DNA of 64,000 nucleotides from Octopus sinensis (taxonomy: Eukaryota), in contig NC_043010.1 in NCBI RefSeq assembly GCF_006345805.1, forward strand, positions 12,586,001 to 12,650,000, read 5' to 3'. The position numbers were made by a program, and so were the translations under genes. Below are positions 1 through 11,320 of the stretch, in pieces. The notes under the pieces were generated by a model. It was not told where the DNA came from and made no database searches. It was given only the letters and a program-made list of their open reading frames with translations. How positions within the stretch are numbered: the first letter of the stretch is position 1; each line of letters starts with the position of its first letter.

Positions 1-172
1 CATCCTCAGAAGAAAAACAATCTGAAGATGGGTCTTTGCACCCGAAATATTAAGGTTTTGTAAAACTTTCCACATTGTCAGAAGCTTTCCTATTTTCTCT
101 CTTTTTTCCCACTTCTTCGATATTACAATGCTTCAAGTGAACTACAACACTCTCATTTAATGTTATATATAT
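1..172 (+). mobile_element. Probable Penelope-like element terminus with degenerate hammerhead motif
   Basis: CTGAAGA(22-28)-T-GGGT/ACCC stem-GAAA(44-47), followed by a T-rich tail ending in (TA)n; same layout as other cassettes in the window. Left end truncated by the window. Confidence 0.4.
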
Positions 173-387
173 ATCTAATTACAAATTAATGAAACGGCAG
201 TTTTATAACACTTCTGTTGCTTATTGGTCACACCCTGTGGTTCCTCTTCACACCTCGGTATACTGCACCATTGAAGAGTTAAATGTTCTGCCAACAGAGA
301 AAATATAACAACCAATGACAAAGCATGAACAATCAACTTGTTAACTGAATGTTGTCTGTGTTTTGTTATGATAAACTCAGTAAATCA

Positions 388-599
388 TTTACTCTTTTAC
401 TTGTTTCAGTCATTTGACTGCGGCCATGCTGGAGCACCACCTTCAGTCGAGCAAATCGACCCCAGGACTTATTCTTTGTAAGCCTAGTACTTATTCTATC
501 GGTCGCTTTTGCCGAACTGCTAAGTTACGGGGGACATAAACACACCAGCATCGGTTGCCAAGCAATGTTGGAGGGACAAACACAGACACACAAACGTAT

Positions 600-630
<31 letters not shown>

Positions 631-848
631 AACACACACACATACATACACACACACATACACACATATATACATATATACGACGGGCTTCTTTCAGTTT
701 CTGTTTACCAAATCCACTCACAAGGCTTTGGTCGGCCCAAAGCTATAGTAGAAGACTCTTGCCCAAGGTGCCACGCAGTGGGACTGAACCCGGAACCATG
801 TGGTTGATAAGCGAGCTACTTACCAGCCAGCCTGAGACACTCCACCTC
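388..848 (-). mobile_element. tRNA-derived SINE family A, near full length
   Basis: Tail tttactcttttacttgtttcagtcatttgactgcggccatgctggagc, central (CA)/(TA) microsatellite, head with B-box-like GGTTCAGTCCC and CORE-like ACCTTGGGCAAG on the minus strand; more than 15 homologous copies in the window. Confidence 0.9.
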
Positions 849-950
849 TCCAGTTCTCTGATACAAACTTCCTGTTTTGAAGTGATCTACATTAAAACCT
901 TCCATTGAAATTTCATGTTGATTTTTTATTCCAAACACCAGCTTAATAAT

Positions 951-1152
951 GGTTTCAAATTTTGGCACAAGGCCAGCAAGTTTGGGATGGGAGGTAAGTT
1001 GATTACATTGGCCTCATTGCTCAACTGGTAATTATTTCATGACCCTGAAAGGATGAAAGGTAAAGTCAACCTTAGTGGAATTTGAACTCAGAACGAAATG
1101 CTGCTAAGCATTTTGCCCCGCATGCCAAACAACTCCACCAGCTTGCTGCCTT
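951..1152 (-). mobile_element. SINE family B with 16-bp target-site duplication
   Basis: Conserved block gacTTTgcCTTTCATCCTTTCgGGGTC on the minus strand (resembles the MetaSINE/Sauria-type central domain from memory); TSD acaccagcttaataat at 935-950 and 1153-1168. Confidence 0.85.
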
Positions 1153-1264
1153 ACACCAGCTTAATAATAAGAAATTATTTTACTAAATTCCTCATTTTCC
1201 TGAAAATTAATAGAAGCAAGGACAACAGATTTCAACGAAAATAGGCTAACAAAAGCTTGTAATT

Positions 1265-1308
<44 letters not shown>

Positions 1309-1312
<4 letters not shown>

Positions 1313-1715
1313 TTTTATAATTATGAGTATAATTATCATTCGGGTTCAGCAAAAAATTTGTTTCACACCACATACTGAAATTTAGAAATAGCAGTTAAAA
1401 CTAACTATTTCTCTACCATAAGAAAATCTCCAGACAACAATACTTGTTGAGTATTATTGTCTGGGAAATTTTCTTATGGCAGAGAAATAGCTAGTTTTAA
1501 CTGCTATATCTAAATTTTGGTAGAAATCTTTTGCTGAACCCTAATTATAATTATACTCATAATTATAAAAATTTTTGTTTACTGATAATGGTTCTCTTAA
1601 CATACCAAACTACTTGCAAAATTATTAATTATTAATCAATTAATTAATTTTAACCTTTATTATTATTGATATATATATCAATAATAATAAAGGTTAAAAT
1701 TAATTAGTTAATTGA

Positions 1716-1720
<5 letters not shown>
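1309..1720 (+). mobile_element. Double-palindromic PLE-like terminus cassette, copy 1
   Basis: Inverted repeat 1309-1574 (loop near 1445-1449) plus a second palindrome 1631-1720 centred on (TA)n; the non-inverted body is homologous to 15350-15570. Confidence 0.6.
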
Positions 1721-1750
<30 letters not shown>

Positions 1751-1754
<4 letters not shown>

Positions 1755-2162
1755 TTTTATAATTATGAGTATAATTATCATTCGGGTTCAGCAAAAAATT
1801 TGTTTCACCACATACTGAAATTTAGAAATAGCAGTTAAAACTAACTATTTCTCTACCATAAGAAAATCTCCCAGACAACAATACTTGTTGAGTATTATTG
1901 TCTGGGAAATTTTCTTATGGCAGAGAAATAGCTAGTTTTAACTGCTATATCTAAATTTTGGTAGAAATCTTTTGCTGAACCCTAATTATAATTATACTCA
2001 TAATTATAAAAATTTTTGTTTACTGATAATGGTTCTCTTAACATACCAAACTACTTGGCAAAATTATTAATTATTAATCAATTAATTAATTTTAACCTTT
2101 ATTATTATTGATATATATATCAATAATAATAAAGGTTAAAATTAATTAGTTAATTGATTAAT
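1751..2162 (+). repeat. Tandem second copy of 1309-1720
   Basis: Near-identical repeat with period 442 bp; the differences I noticed are 1-3 bp indels. Confidence 0.9.
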
Positions 2163-2657
2163 ATATATATATATATGCCCTTTTATAGTGTCAAATTTCA
2201 CCACAAAGTCCAGTTCTTGTTGCACTATGGTGGCTTGGGTGCCTCATTGACCCCGAGAGCTATGCCAGAAAAGTGCAAGCTCCTGGTTGGCATGCCTATG
2301 CTAGACAAACCCAAGGGTAGAGACTAGACTAATATGAACCACCTCTTCTCAGAGGTAATAGGTTTGCAAAGGGCCAACACTTCTACCTAGAAAAAAAGCA
2401 AAGTTACAACAGCATTGATGATAATTTCAAAACCAGCAAGACTTGGGAGAGGGAAAGACAGCCCAGAGTTGAGAGCAATGGATAATAGTCATGAATAGCC
2501 TATGGTCCATAGAGAGCAAAGCATTTAAATATGTAAATATACTATCAAATTGACAGGGTCATTTAAGTAGCAGACAGAAAACCTTGACATATTTGTTCCA
2601 GCTCTCTGTATTCTGAGCTCAAATCCTAGCTAGTTCAAATTTTTCTTTCATCTTAGC

Positions 2658-2933
2658 TTTTTTTTTTCACGCTAAGAGTTGCTGAAGCATGGAACAGACT
2701 GCCAGCATCAGTTGTTAGTTGTCAGAGCACTGCATCCTTCAAAACTTCCATGCTTCCTGAGATTCGCCAACACTACACCTGATTTTCTCCCCTCCATACA
2801 CTCACAAGCGTGTATCTGACTCATCCATTGTTCGCTTTCCAGACATTTGTACATTGCTGCATATGCTTTATACGCACCTTTGACAAGTTGTGGTGCACCT
2901 GAGCACTGTATACAATAATTTCATTATTATTAT
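2658..2933 (+). mobile_element. 5'-truncated CR1-clade LINE 3' end
   Basis: Encodes FFTLRVAEAWNRLPASVVSCQSTASFKTSML...*, matching the CR1 ORF2 C-terminal FFxxRVxxxWNxLP motif, then a 3' UTR and (ATT)n tail; interrupts a SINE B remnant. Confidence 0.75.
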
Positions 2934-3947
2934 CCTTTCAGGGTCAATAAATAAGGTAACAGTTCGAGGTAGTGAATAAACAGAAGTTAAGCATTAGATG
3001 AAATATTTTGTGGTATCTGTTTCAACTCTTTGCTTTCTGAGTTTAAATCTCACCTCCATCATGGAGAAAATAGATGCTCCAAGACCCAACAAAATTAGTG
3101 AAAGGTTTGGAAAGTCCTTAAACCAATGCTCAAATATTTCACAGGAGAAAATGTAAGTAACTTTCAGTCAATTCCTGTGCATTCAAAGAAGATGTATTTT
3201 TACAGTTATTAGAACAACAAAAGTAAAACTTAACTAACTTATATAATTTATTAGCTTAGATAATTTATTATATAATTTATTACCTTCAAAATTTTCCTCG
3301 CGATACAACAGACTAATAATGAATTATATGGGTTGTAAAAGAATGTTTGTGAATAATCTATCCTCATTTCTCAAAAAAAAAAAAAAATTAGGTGTCCTTC
3401 TTTGTTATTGTTTGAGTTTGTAAAGCATTGTTCAACAATGTTTAACTCACCACCAGATGGGTTTATTTTTGATTAACTGTAATTATCATAGCACTTACTT
3501 TGCTATTATTTTAATAATTCTTTCTTATTTTGGCACAAAGCCACATATGTATATTGAGAAAGTCTTTTGTCAGTTCAGCCAGCCTCAGTATATGCCTTGA
3601 ATTTATTTCAGCCTCGTACTTATTTTATAACTCACTTATAATTATTATTATTAATTTTGTCAGTGAACAGGTCGTGGTCTCAAAGTGATGAAAATATTTT
3701 GACAAATTAAATTTAGATGTTGAAGTGAACCTAATGGTTTTTGTGTGTTTCTTAAATGGCTTATAAACACCTTCCACGCTGCAATTGTTTTCGTTCCAGC
3801 ACACGATCTCAGATCAAGTCACTCGCTATGCAAGTACATCTCACTATTAATTTTCTTTTTTTATTTTTATTTTGAGTGACTAAGCTGCCTTTTAAGGTAG
3901 AGAGATGTACCATTTTATACCAAAAAACATGTGGATACTTATAAACA

Positions 3948-4130
3948 CATCATCATCATTTAACGTCCATTTTCCATACTGGCATGGGTTTGACAGTTTG
4001 ACAGGAGCTGATCAGCTTAGGGGCTGTTCTGGCTCCACATCTGTTTTGGCATGGTTTCTATGGCTGGATGTCCTTCCTAATGCCAACCATCTTATAAAAT
4101 GTACTGAGTACTTTTATGCTGCACCAGCAC
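3948..4130 (-). mobile_element. RTE-tailed SINE family D, 3' fragment
   Basis: (CAT)n-ttaacgtcc...catgggtt...ggctggatgtccttcctaatgccaacc. Confidence 0.75.
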
Positions 4131-4401
4131 CTATGATCCAGCAAGATTAGGGATGCTCAGTGGAAGAGGGTGCAAGAGACAAGCCTGTATGCAAGGGCAA
4201 CCATGATTTTATTTAGCGTGATGTGTCTTTTCAAGCACAGGAAACCACCAGGATTCTTGGTTCCCTGTCACCCCCTCTGCGAGTCCCAACACCTGGAGAT
4301 CTTTTCTCACCACTTCATCCCACATCTTCATCCACACATATACCTGATTTATGTGTGAGTGTGTGTGTATGCATATATATATACACATGCATACTACATG
4401 T

Positions 4402-4736
4402 GAAGGCACATGGTTCAGTGGTTAGAGCATCAAGCTTACGATTGCGAGATTGGGAGTTTGAATCCCGGACCAGGCCGCAAGTTGTGTTCTTGAGCAAGAC
4501 ACTTTATTTCACGTTGCTCCAGTTCACTCAGCTGTAGAAATGAGTTGCGACGTCACAGGTGCCAAGCTGTATCGGCCCCTTTGCCTTTCCCTTGGATAAC
4601 ACTGGTGGCATGGAGAGGGGAGGCCAGTATGCATGGGCGACTGCTGGTCTTCCATAAAACAACCTTGTCCAGACTTGTGCCTAGGAGGGTAACTTTCTAG
4701 GTGCAATTCTACGGTCATCCATGACCGATGGGGTCT
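4402..4736 (+). mobile_element. tRNA-derived SINE family C, near full length
   Basis: A-box-like TGGTTCAGTGG, B-box-like GTTTGAATCC, then tgtgttcttgagcaagacactttatttcacgttgctccag; homologous to 35335-35605. Confidence 0.85.
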
Positions 4737-5050
4737 CAACACAGGCATACTACACTCTTCCACTTAGTTGGGAGGTCTTGTATGTTATTTGATGGTCTCG
4801 CCATGAAAAAGATATCCAATACACTCTGTAAAGAGAAAGGGCATCCAGCCATAGAAACCATTAGATAACAGAGTTTAGTGTAGTCCTCTGGTTTGTTGAT
4901 TTCTGTCGAACTGTCCCAACCAATGCTGGCATGGAAAGCAATGATGATGATGATGATACACACACACACATGCACATGCACACACACACACATGCACGTG
5001 CACACACACACACACACATGTATGTATATATGTATATTCTTTTTTGTGTC

Positions 5051-5412
5051 ACTTGTTTCAGTCATTTGATTGTGGCCATGCTGGAGCACTGCCTTGAAGG
5101 GTTTTTAGTTGAACAAATCGAACCCAGGACTTATAAAGCCTAGTACATATTTTATCAGTCTCTTTTGCCAAACTGCTAAGTTACAGAGATGTAAACTGGT
5201 TGTCAGGTGGTGATGGGGGAGACAAACACCTACACAAAGTCACACACACACACAACAGGCTTCTTTCAATTTCCATCTACCAAATCCACTCACAAATTTT
5301 TGGCACAAGGCTATAGTACAGGACACTTGTCTAAGATACCATGCAGTGGGACTGAACCCAGAAATATATGGTTGGGAAGCAAGCTTCTTACCACACAGCC
5401 ACACCTGTGCCT
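5051..5412 (-). mobile_element. SINE family A
   Basis: Same tail, body and head as 388-848. Confidence 0.85.
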
Positions 5413-5488
5413 ATATATATATCATCATCATCATCATCATCACATCATCATCATCATTTAGCGTGATGATGATGATGATGATGATATA

Positions 5489-5519
<31 letters not shown>

Positions 5520-5520
<1 letters not shown>

Positions 5521-5640
5521 ATTAGGGAGTAAATCCAAACTTACAGGGAAAATTAGATTTAGGATTAAATCTAATTTTACAGTATAAATATATATATTAA
5601 ATTAGAATTAAAACCACTATTTTTTGATAGTTATATATAT
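5520..5640 (-). mobile_element. Short dispersed repeat end (possible PLE terminus) next to (TAA)n
   Basis: ttaaattagaattaaaaccactatt is the reverse complement of the motif at ~6410-6437 and ~8609-8632; 13-bp hairpin aaaattagattta/taaatctaatttt at ~5549-5578. Confidence 0.35.
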
Positions 5641-5744
5641 TTTTAAAAAAATTAAATAAATATATAATTATAAAAAAAATTTTTTTAATTTTTAATAAAT
5701 AAATATAAATAAAAATAATAATAATAATAAAAATAATAAATATA

Positions 5745-5952
5745 TATCCTCGCCTGGCACCTGTGCAGGTGGCACGTAAAAAGCACCCACTACACTCACG
5801 GAGTGGTTGGCGTTAGGAAGGGCATCCAGCTGTAGAAACACTGCCAGATAAGACTGGAGCCTGGTGCAGCCTTCTGGCTTCCCAGATCCCCGGTCGAACC
5901 GTCCAACCAATGCTAGCATGGAGAACGGACGTTAAACGATGATGATGATGAT
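5745..5952 (+). mobile_element. RTE-tailed SINE family D
   Basis: ggcacgtaaaaagcacccactacactc...gaacggacgttaaac(gat)n. Confidence 0.85.
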
Positions 5953-6217
5953 ATAAATATGAGAGAGTGACCACAATCTATTTTTTCGTTATTTTTCACT
6001 TGCCCCACACTAAATGTTGTGTTATTTCTCCTTGGAAACAATTTTTTAGTGGCTATACCAAAGTGGATCTATTTTTAGCACTAGAGTAGACCACATAGTG
6101 GTCGCTCTCTCATATTTATGTATAAATTTATATTGTATCCCTGGTTTTTATGTGCTAACCACTTGGTGTTAAATTGATGGTATTATTAAATTAATATCAA
6201 ATTTTTCACCCTCATTT

Positions 6218-6249
<32 letters not shown>

Positions 6250-6679
6250 AATTTATAAGTATAAATTAATAATTAAAAAATTTTTTTAAATTTTAACTTT
6301 AAATTTAAATAATTTAAATTTTGAATTTTATATTTTATTTATTTTGTATATTATATTAATTGATTTTATTTCTATGTTTTGGTTTATGTTTTTCACTGTT
6401 TGATTTGCCTAATAGTGGTTTTATCTCTAATTTAATATACACACACACACACACACACACATACAATAGGCTTTTGCATAGCCTCCAGCTACTAAATTCC
6501 ACTCACACATTAATTAATCAATCTAACCTTTCCTAAAAAAAAAAAACCCTGCTCATCATGTTTCAGTGGGATTGAACCTGGAACCACATGTTTGCAAAGC
6601 AAATGACTTAAACCACTCAGCCATGCCTGTGCCTCCTTTGCATTTTTATGCAAATATTCCCAGTGTTACTTGTCTTTGT

Positions 6680-7200
6680 TGTACAGGCTGATTCATAATA
6701 TAGAAAGGGTCCAACAAAGAATACATAATGATGTAATGTTACTTGTACTGGTTTCAAGCATATTGTTTTGTTCCTATTCTTTTTATCATACCGAGAAAAC
6801 TAATTATTCTCAATATATATCGATTTCTTATTCCCTACTTCAGTTTCAAGGTCCTTACATTCTGATAATGTTTCTACGTCTTTGTAAGGAATGCTTTGAT
6901 AAGTTTACAAAGATTTTCCTATTTATCTTAATAATGATCGGTTGCTGATATGGCTTCATTTCTTTGTCTACTGAACATGCATATCTTAGAATATCATTCC
7001 AGCAACATACAAATTTCGGTATGTTCACACCATATTAACACTGGATCTACAGATATACTTGATGGTATTTGATATAGACAACAGAGACGATCCTAACCCT
7101 GGGGCGAGTCACTGTTTCATGTATATGAAAGCTGTTTCAGGACCATTTACCTTGTTATGCTTAGTTGCCTGGAATAATATCTTTTAAGGCAATCCCAATG
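6680..7200 (-). pseudogene. Highly degraded CR1/L2-like reverse transcriptase fossil
   Basis: Manual minus-strand translation with stops and frameshifts gives ...SDSPQG...LGSSL..VVYI..PSSISVDPVLIWCEHTEICM..., aligning by eye to [22 protein letters not shown]...LYADDTK. Confidence 0.5.
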
Positions 7201-7681
7201 GGAATATAATAGAAGTGATGCAAATACAACAGATACAAAAACAATCTCACATCTTTTCATGGGATCTGGAGCCATGAGAATACATTCTGTGCTTTATAGC
7301 AACGGTGGGTAAATATTGAAAAAAGATTGATTACAGAGTCTAAAATTAAGGAGTGACAATGTGAGAACACCCTTTGGGGATAATTTTCTTTTCTTATATG
7401 ATTTAGTTGAAAATAATGTGCAGTGTCCGTAACCTTTTAAGAACCACCTTAGAGTGGCCCCTGACACAACTTGTGCTCTCGGCTTGCCAACTTGAAAAGA
7501 TGTGCATTACTGGCAAATGTTTTTAAATGACATTTGAAAGGTAGAGAAGTTTGGTTGTGTGGTTAGGAATTTCAATTTACGACTTCATGGCTTTGGATTC
7601 ACTCCCAATGCTTTGCCACTTTGGACAAGTGTCTTTTAACTACAGCCGCAAAACTAGTGAGTGAAAGTTAGAACTGTATGG

Positions 7682-7714
<33 letters not shown>

Positions 7715-7787
7715 TAAATATATAACATATCTATAATATATATATATAGAATATATATAACACACATTATATATAATATATATAATA

Positions 7788-7860
<73 letters not shown>

Positions 7861-7866
7861 ATAATA

Positions 7867-7917
<51 letters not shown>

Positions 7918-7918
<1 letters not shown>

Positions 7919-8471
7919 CCCTGATGCAGTACCAGGCAGTGGCTCTCATGGCTTCTGATCTTAACTGATTGGAAGTGTTATCATGTACATTGTTTTGTCT
8001 TGGTATAAAAGATGGGCTACAGCAAATATTCTGCTCAATACCACAGATTTGCTTGTCAGTTGTTTGACCGTAACCAGTTGAGCATGTCCCTTAGTGGCTG
8101 ACGATATGTGCATCTCTGATCACGAGCAGAAGTAGTGGGGGAGCATCATAGCCATGTGTTGAGAGGGATTCTTTGGGGTTTGAATAGTTCACCTCTGGAA
8201 ACATGGGTGGTTCTTTCAACATCCTTAAACAACCCTTATTCAGGGACCGTTTGAGCGGGATGGGCTACTCAATCTGAAGAAAATTCTAACTGGGCCCCAC
8301 CTGCAAGGTCATGTGCTGTTTATCTTGATATGAGATCACCATGTCGCACACATATGGTTGTGATGCATGTGCCTGGTGTACCTTTATCAGACGGGTAGTC
8401 ATGATAGGTATATTGGGCTTCGTATATTTTACCCCAGTGTCACTTTGATAGTATGAACTGCTCTCTCACTC
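7918..8471 (+). mobile_element. Non-coding ~550-bp element inserted in (TAA)n, longest copy
   Basis: (TAA)n on both sides; shares the 3' end ctctctcactc(aat)n with 9826-10325 and 10467-10928. Confidence 0.85.
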
Positions 8472-8505
<34 letters not shown>

Positions 8506-8627
8506 TTAGGGAGTATAACTTTTTGTGATCTAGTTATATGTTTTTTAAAAATATATTCTGTTTTTTATTTATGATTTGGTTTATGCCTATCATTGTTTGA
8601 ATTGCATAATAGTGTTTTTTTTCTCTA

Positions 8628-8667
<40 letters not shown>

Positions 8668-9182
8668 TATTAAAGTCTTCTAAAATACCGATGGATTCGG
8701 AAAACTCCACCGACTCCTAAAGTTAAGCTGTGTTATGGACAAGGTTGTAATAAAAAAGGACAATTATTTTTGAAACGGAATTAGGGCTACAAAAATCTAT
8801 CAAGTGAAATACAGACGTTCATCAGGTGACTGAGGTAAAAATTCATTAGTTCAATCAAAATTAACAAGTATATGTGTGCATGCACATGATGTGTGTGTGT
8901 GTGTGTGTGTTTGTGTGTTTGCGTCCGTAAGTGTGTGTGCATGATTATATTGGCTCAAGGCCTGAAACTTTACAAAGGGAGGTTAGACAATTACATCAAC
9001 TCCAGTGCTCAACTCATACTTATTTTATCGACCGTTAAAGGATAAAAGGCAAATTCAGCCTCAGTAGAATTTGAACTCAGAACATAAAGAAAGACAAAAT
9101 GACACTAAGTATTTTACCCAGCATGCTAAGAAGTATACCAGCTCAGTACCTTGATGAGTATGATGATGATGATGATGATGAT

Positions 9183-9390
9183 CCTTTCTATTAAAGGCAC
9201 AAGGCCTGAAATTTGTGGGGAGGGGACTAGTCGATTTCATCAACTCAAGTGTTTCATGGGTATTTAATCTATCAACCCTGAAAGGATGAAAGACAAAGTC
9301 AACCTCAGCAGAATTTGGACTCAGAACGTTAAGATGGACAAAACTAAGCATTTTGTCCAGCATGCCTACAATTCTGCCAGCTCCCTACCT
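9183..9390 (-). mobile_element. SINE family B
   Basis: ccctgaaaggatgaaagacaaagtcaacctc block; a second partial copy lies at ~8960-9110. Confidence 0.8.
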
Positions 9391-9412
9391 TAATAATAAT
9401 AATAATAATAAC

Positions 9413-9473
<61 letters not shown>

Positions 9474-9483
9474 TAATAATAAT

Positions 9484-9776
9484 AGAAATAGAGGTAACCA
9501 GAATGTGGAATCTAAAAACAGAAACAATTCCTATCATAGTAGGTGCATTAGGCATGATAAAAAAATATTCAGACAAATACATAACAAAAACACCAGGACT
9601 TACAAACACATATAACATACAGAAAATTGCACTACTAGGCACTGCACACATCCTACGCAGAACACTTTCCATACAATAACCATCAGAGCATCACAACAAA
9701 TCACAGCACATACCCAAGGCACACAGAGCTGCGCTTGGTAGTGAAGTGAAAGCACACTATAAAAATAAAACTACTG
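9484..9776 (+). mobile_element. 5'-truncated R4/Dong-clade (restriction-like endonuclease) non-LTR retrotransposon in (TAA)n
   Basis: EIEVTRMWNLKTETIPIIVGALGMIKK...IQKIALLGTAHILRRTLSIQ* (stop at 9679) matches the RLE C-terminal signature (xIGALG ... QKxxLLGTAxILR); ~97-bp 3' UTR; (TAA)n on both flanks, the known Dong target. Confidence 0.85.
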
Positions 9777-9825
9777 AATAATAATAATAATAATGATAAT
9801 AATGATAATAATAATAATGATAAAT

Positions 9826-10325
9826 TTCTGATCTTAACTGATTGGAAGTGTTATCATGCACATTGTTTTGTCTTGGTGTAAAAGATGAGCTACAGCAAAT
9901 ATTCTGCTCAATACCATAGATTTGCTTGTCAGTTGTTTGACCTTAACCAGTTGAGCATATCCCTTAGTGGCTGATGATATGTGCATCTCTGATCATGAGC
10001 AGAAGTAGTCGGGGAGCATCATAGCCATGTGTTGAGAGGGATTCTTTGGGGTTTGAATAGTTCACCTCTGGAAACATGGGTGTTTTATTCAACATCCTTA
10101 AACAACCCTTATTCAGGGACCAGAAGAAAATTCTAACTGGGCCCCAACTGCAAGGTCATGTGCTGTTGATCTTGATATGAGATCACCATGTCGCACACAC
10201 ATGGTTGTGATGCATGTGCCTGGTGTACATGTAGTGTACATCAGACATGTAGGTATGATTGGTATACTGGGCTTTGTATATTTTATCCCAGTTTCACTTT
10301 GATGGCATGCACTGCTCTCTCACTC
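9826..10325 (+). mobile_element. (TAA)n-inserted non-coding element, copy 2
   Basis: Homologous to 7918-8471, lacking the first ~35 bp and with small internal deletions. Confidence 0.85.
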
Positions 10326-10385
10326 AATAATAATAATAATAATAATGTATAAATTATATTAGCCCTTGTGGCCATAAAAGGATAA

Positions 10386-10466
<81 letters not shown>

Positions 10467-10927
10467 GAGTGAGCGAGCAGAGCATGCAATCAAAGTGACA
10501 CTGGGGTAAAATATACGAAGCCCAGTATACCCATCATGACTACCTGTCTGATAAGGGTACACCAGGCACATGCATCACAACCATATGTGCGCGACATGGT
10601 GATCTCATATCAAGATAAACAGCACATGACCTTGCAGGTGGAGCCCAGTTAGAATTTTCTTCAGATCGAGTAACCCATCCCGCTCAAAAGGTCCCTGAAT
10701 AAGGGTTGTTTAAGGACGTTGAACGAAACACCCATGTTTCCAGAGGTGAATTATTCAAACCCCAAAGAATCCTTCTCAACACATGGCTATGATGCTCCCC
10801 CACTACTTCTGCTCGTGATCAGAGATGCACATATCGTCAGCCACTAAGGGACATGCTCAACTGGTTAAGGTCAAACAACTGACAAGCAAATCTGTGGTAT
10901 TGAGCAGAATATTTGCTGTAGCCCATC

Positions 10928-10928
<1 letters not shown>
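10467..10928 (-). mobile_element. (TAA)n-inserted non-coding element, copy 3 (inverted)
   Basis: Reverse complement of 7918-8471 lacking ~90 bp at the 5' end; (TTA)n flanks. Confidence 0.85.
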
Positions 10929-10960
<32 letters not shown>

Positions 10961-10984
10961 CATTATTATTTTTGTCTTCTTTAG

Positions 10985-11201
10985 AAGCTAGCAAGAAGGA
11001 TCTCTATGCAATCACCTGCCTTGCACAAAATAACAACCGCATCTCTCTCAAATCACATTCTACCATCTTAAGATAAGAAAGGAAAGAAGACAATAGATAA
11101 TGTAGTCGTAGATAATCCTAAAAGAAAGACGAGGTGGCCACAAATGGAATGCTTTTAAACATAACAGCAGTTTGATTAGGGCTGACCTGGTGCCAAACAA
11201 T

Positions 11202-11232
<31 letters not shown>

Positions 11233-11320
11233 ACAATCTCTAAACCAAAGATTTGCTCGATCAGGTTTGACCTGGGGCTAAAAACACAACAACAGCAACA
11301 ACAAAAACAACCACAACAAC
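10985..11320 (+). mobile_element. SINE-like repeat with (CAA)n tail (family E)
   Basis: tcaaatcacattctaccatctta...gggctgacctgg...(caa)n with a second tail module; related pieces at ~17130-17250 and ~24570-24770. Confidence 0.55.

Noticed and set aside
2225-2460. Possible RTE 5' UTR remnant
   Set aside because: Only vague resemblance from memory; no second copy or coding evidence in the window.
4402-4480. tRNA genes at SINE heads (also 20881, 41437, 43163)
   Set aside because: A/B boxes are present but no complete cloverleaf is evident, and each continues into a SINE body.
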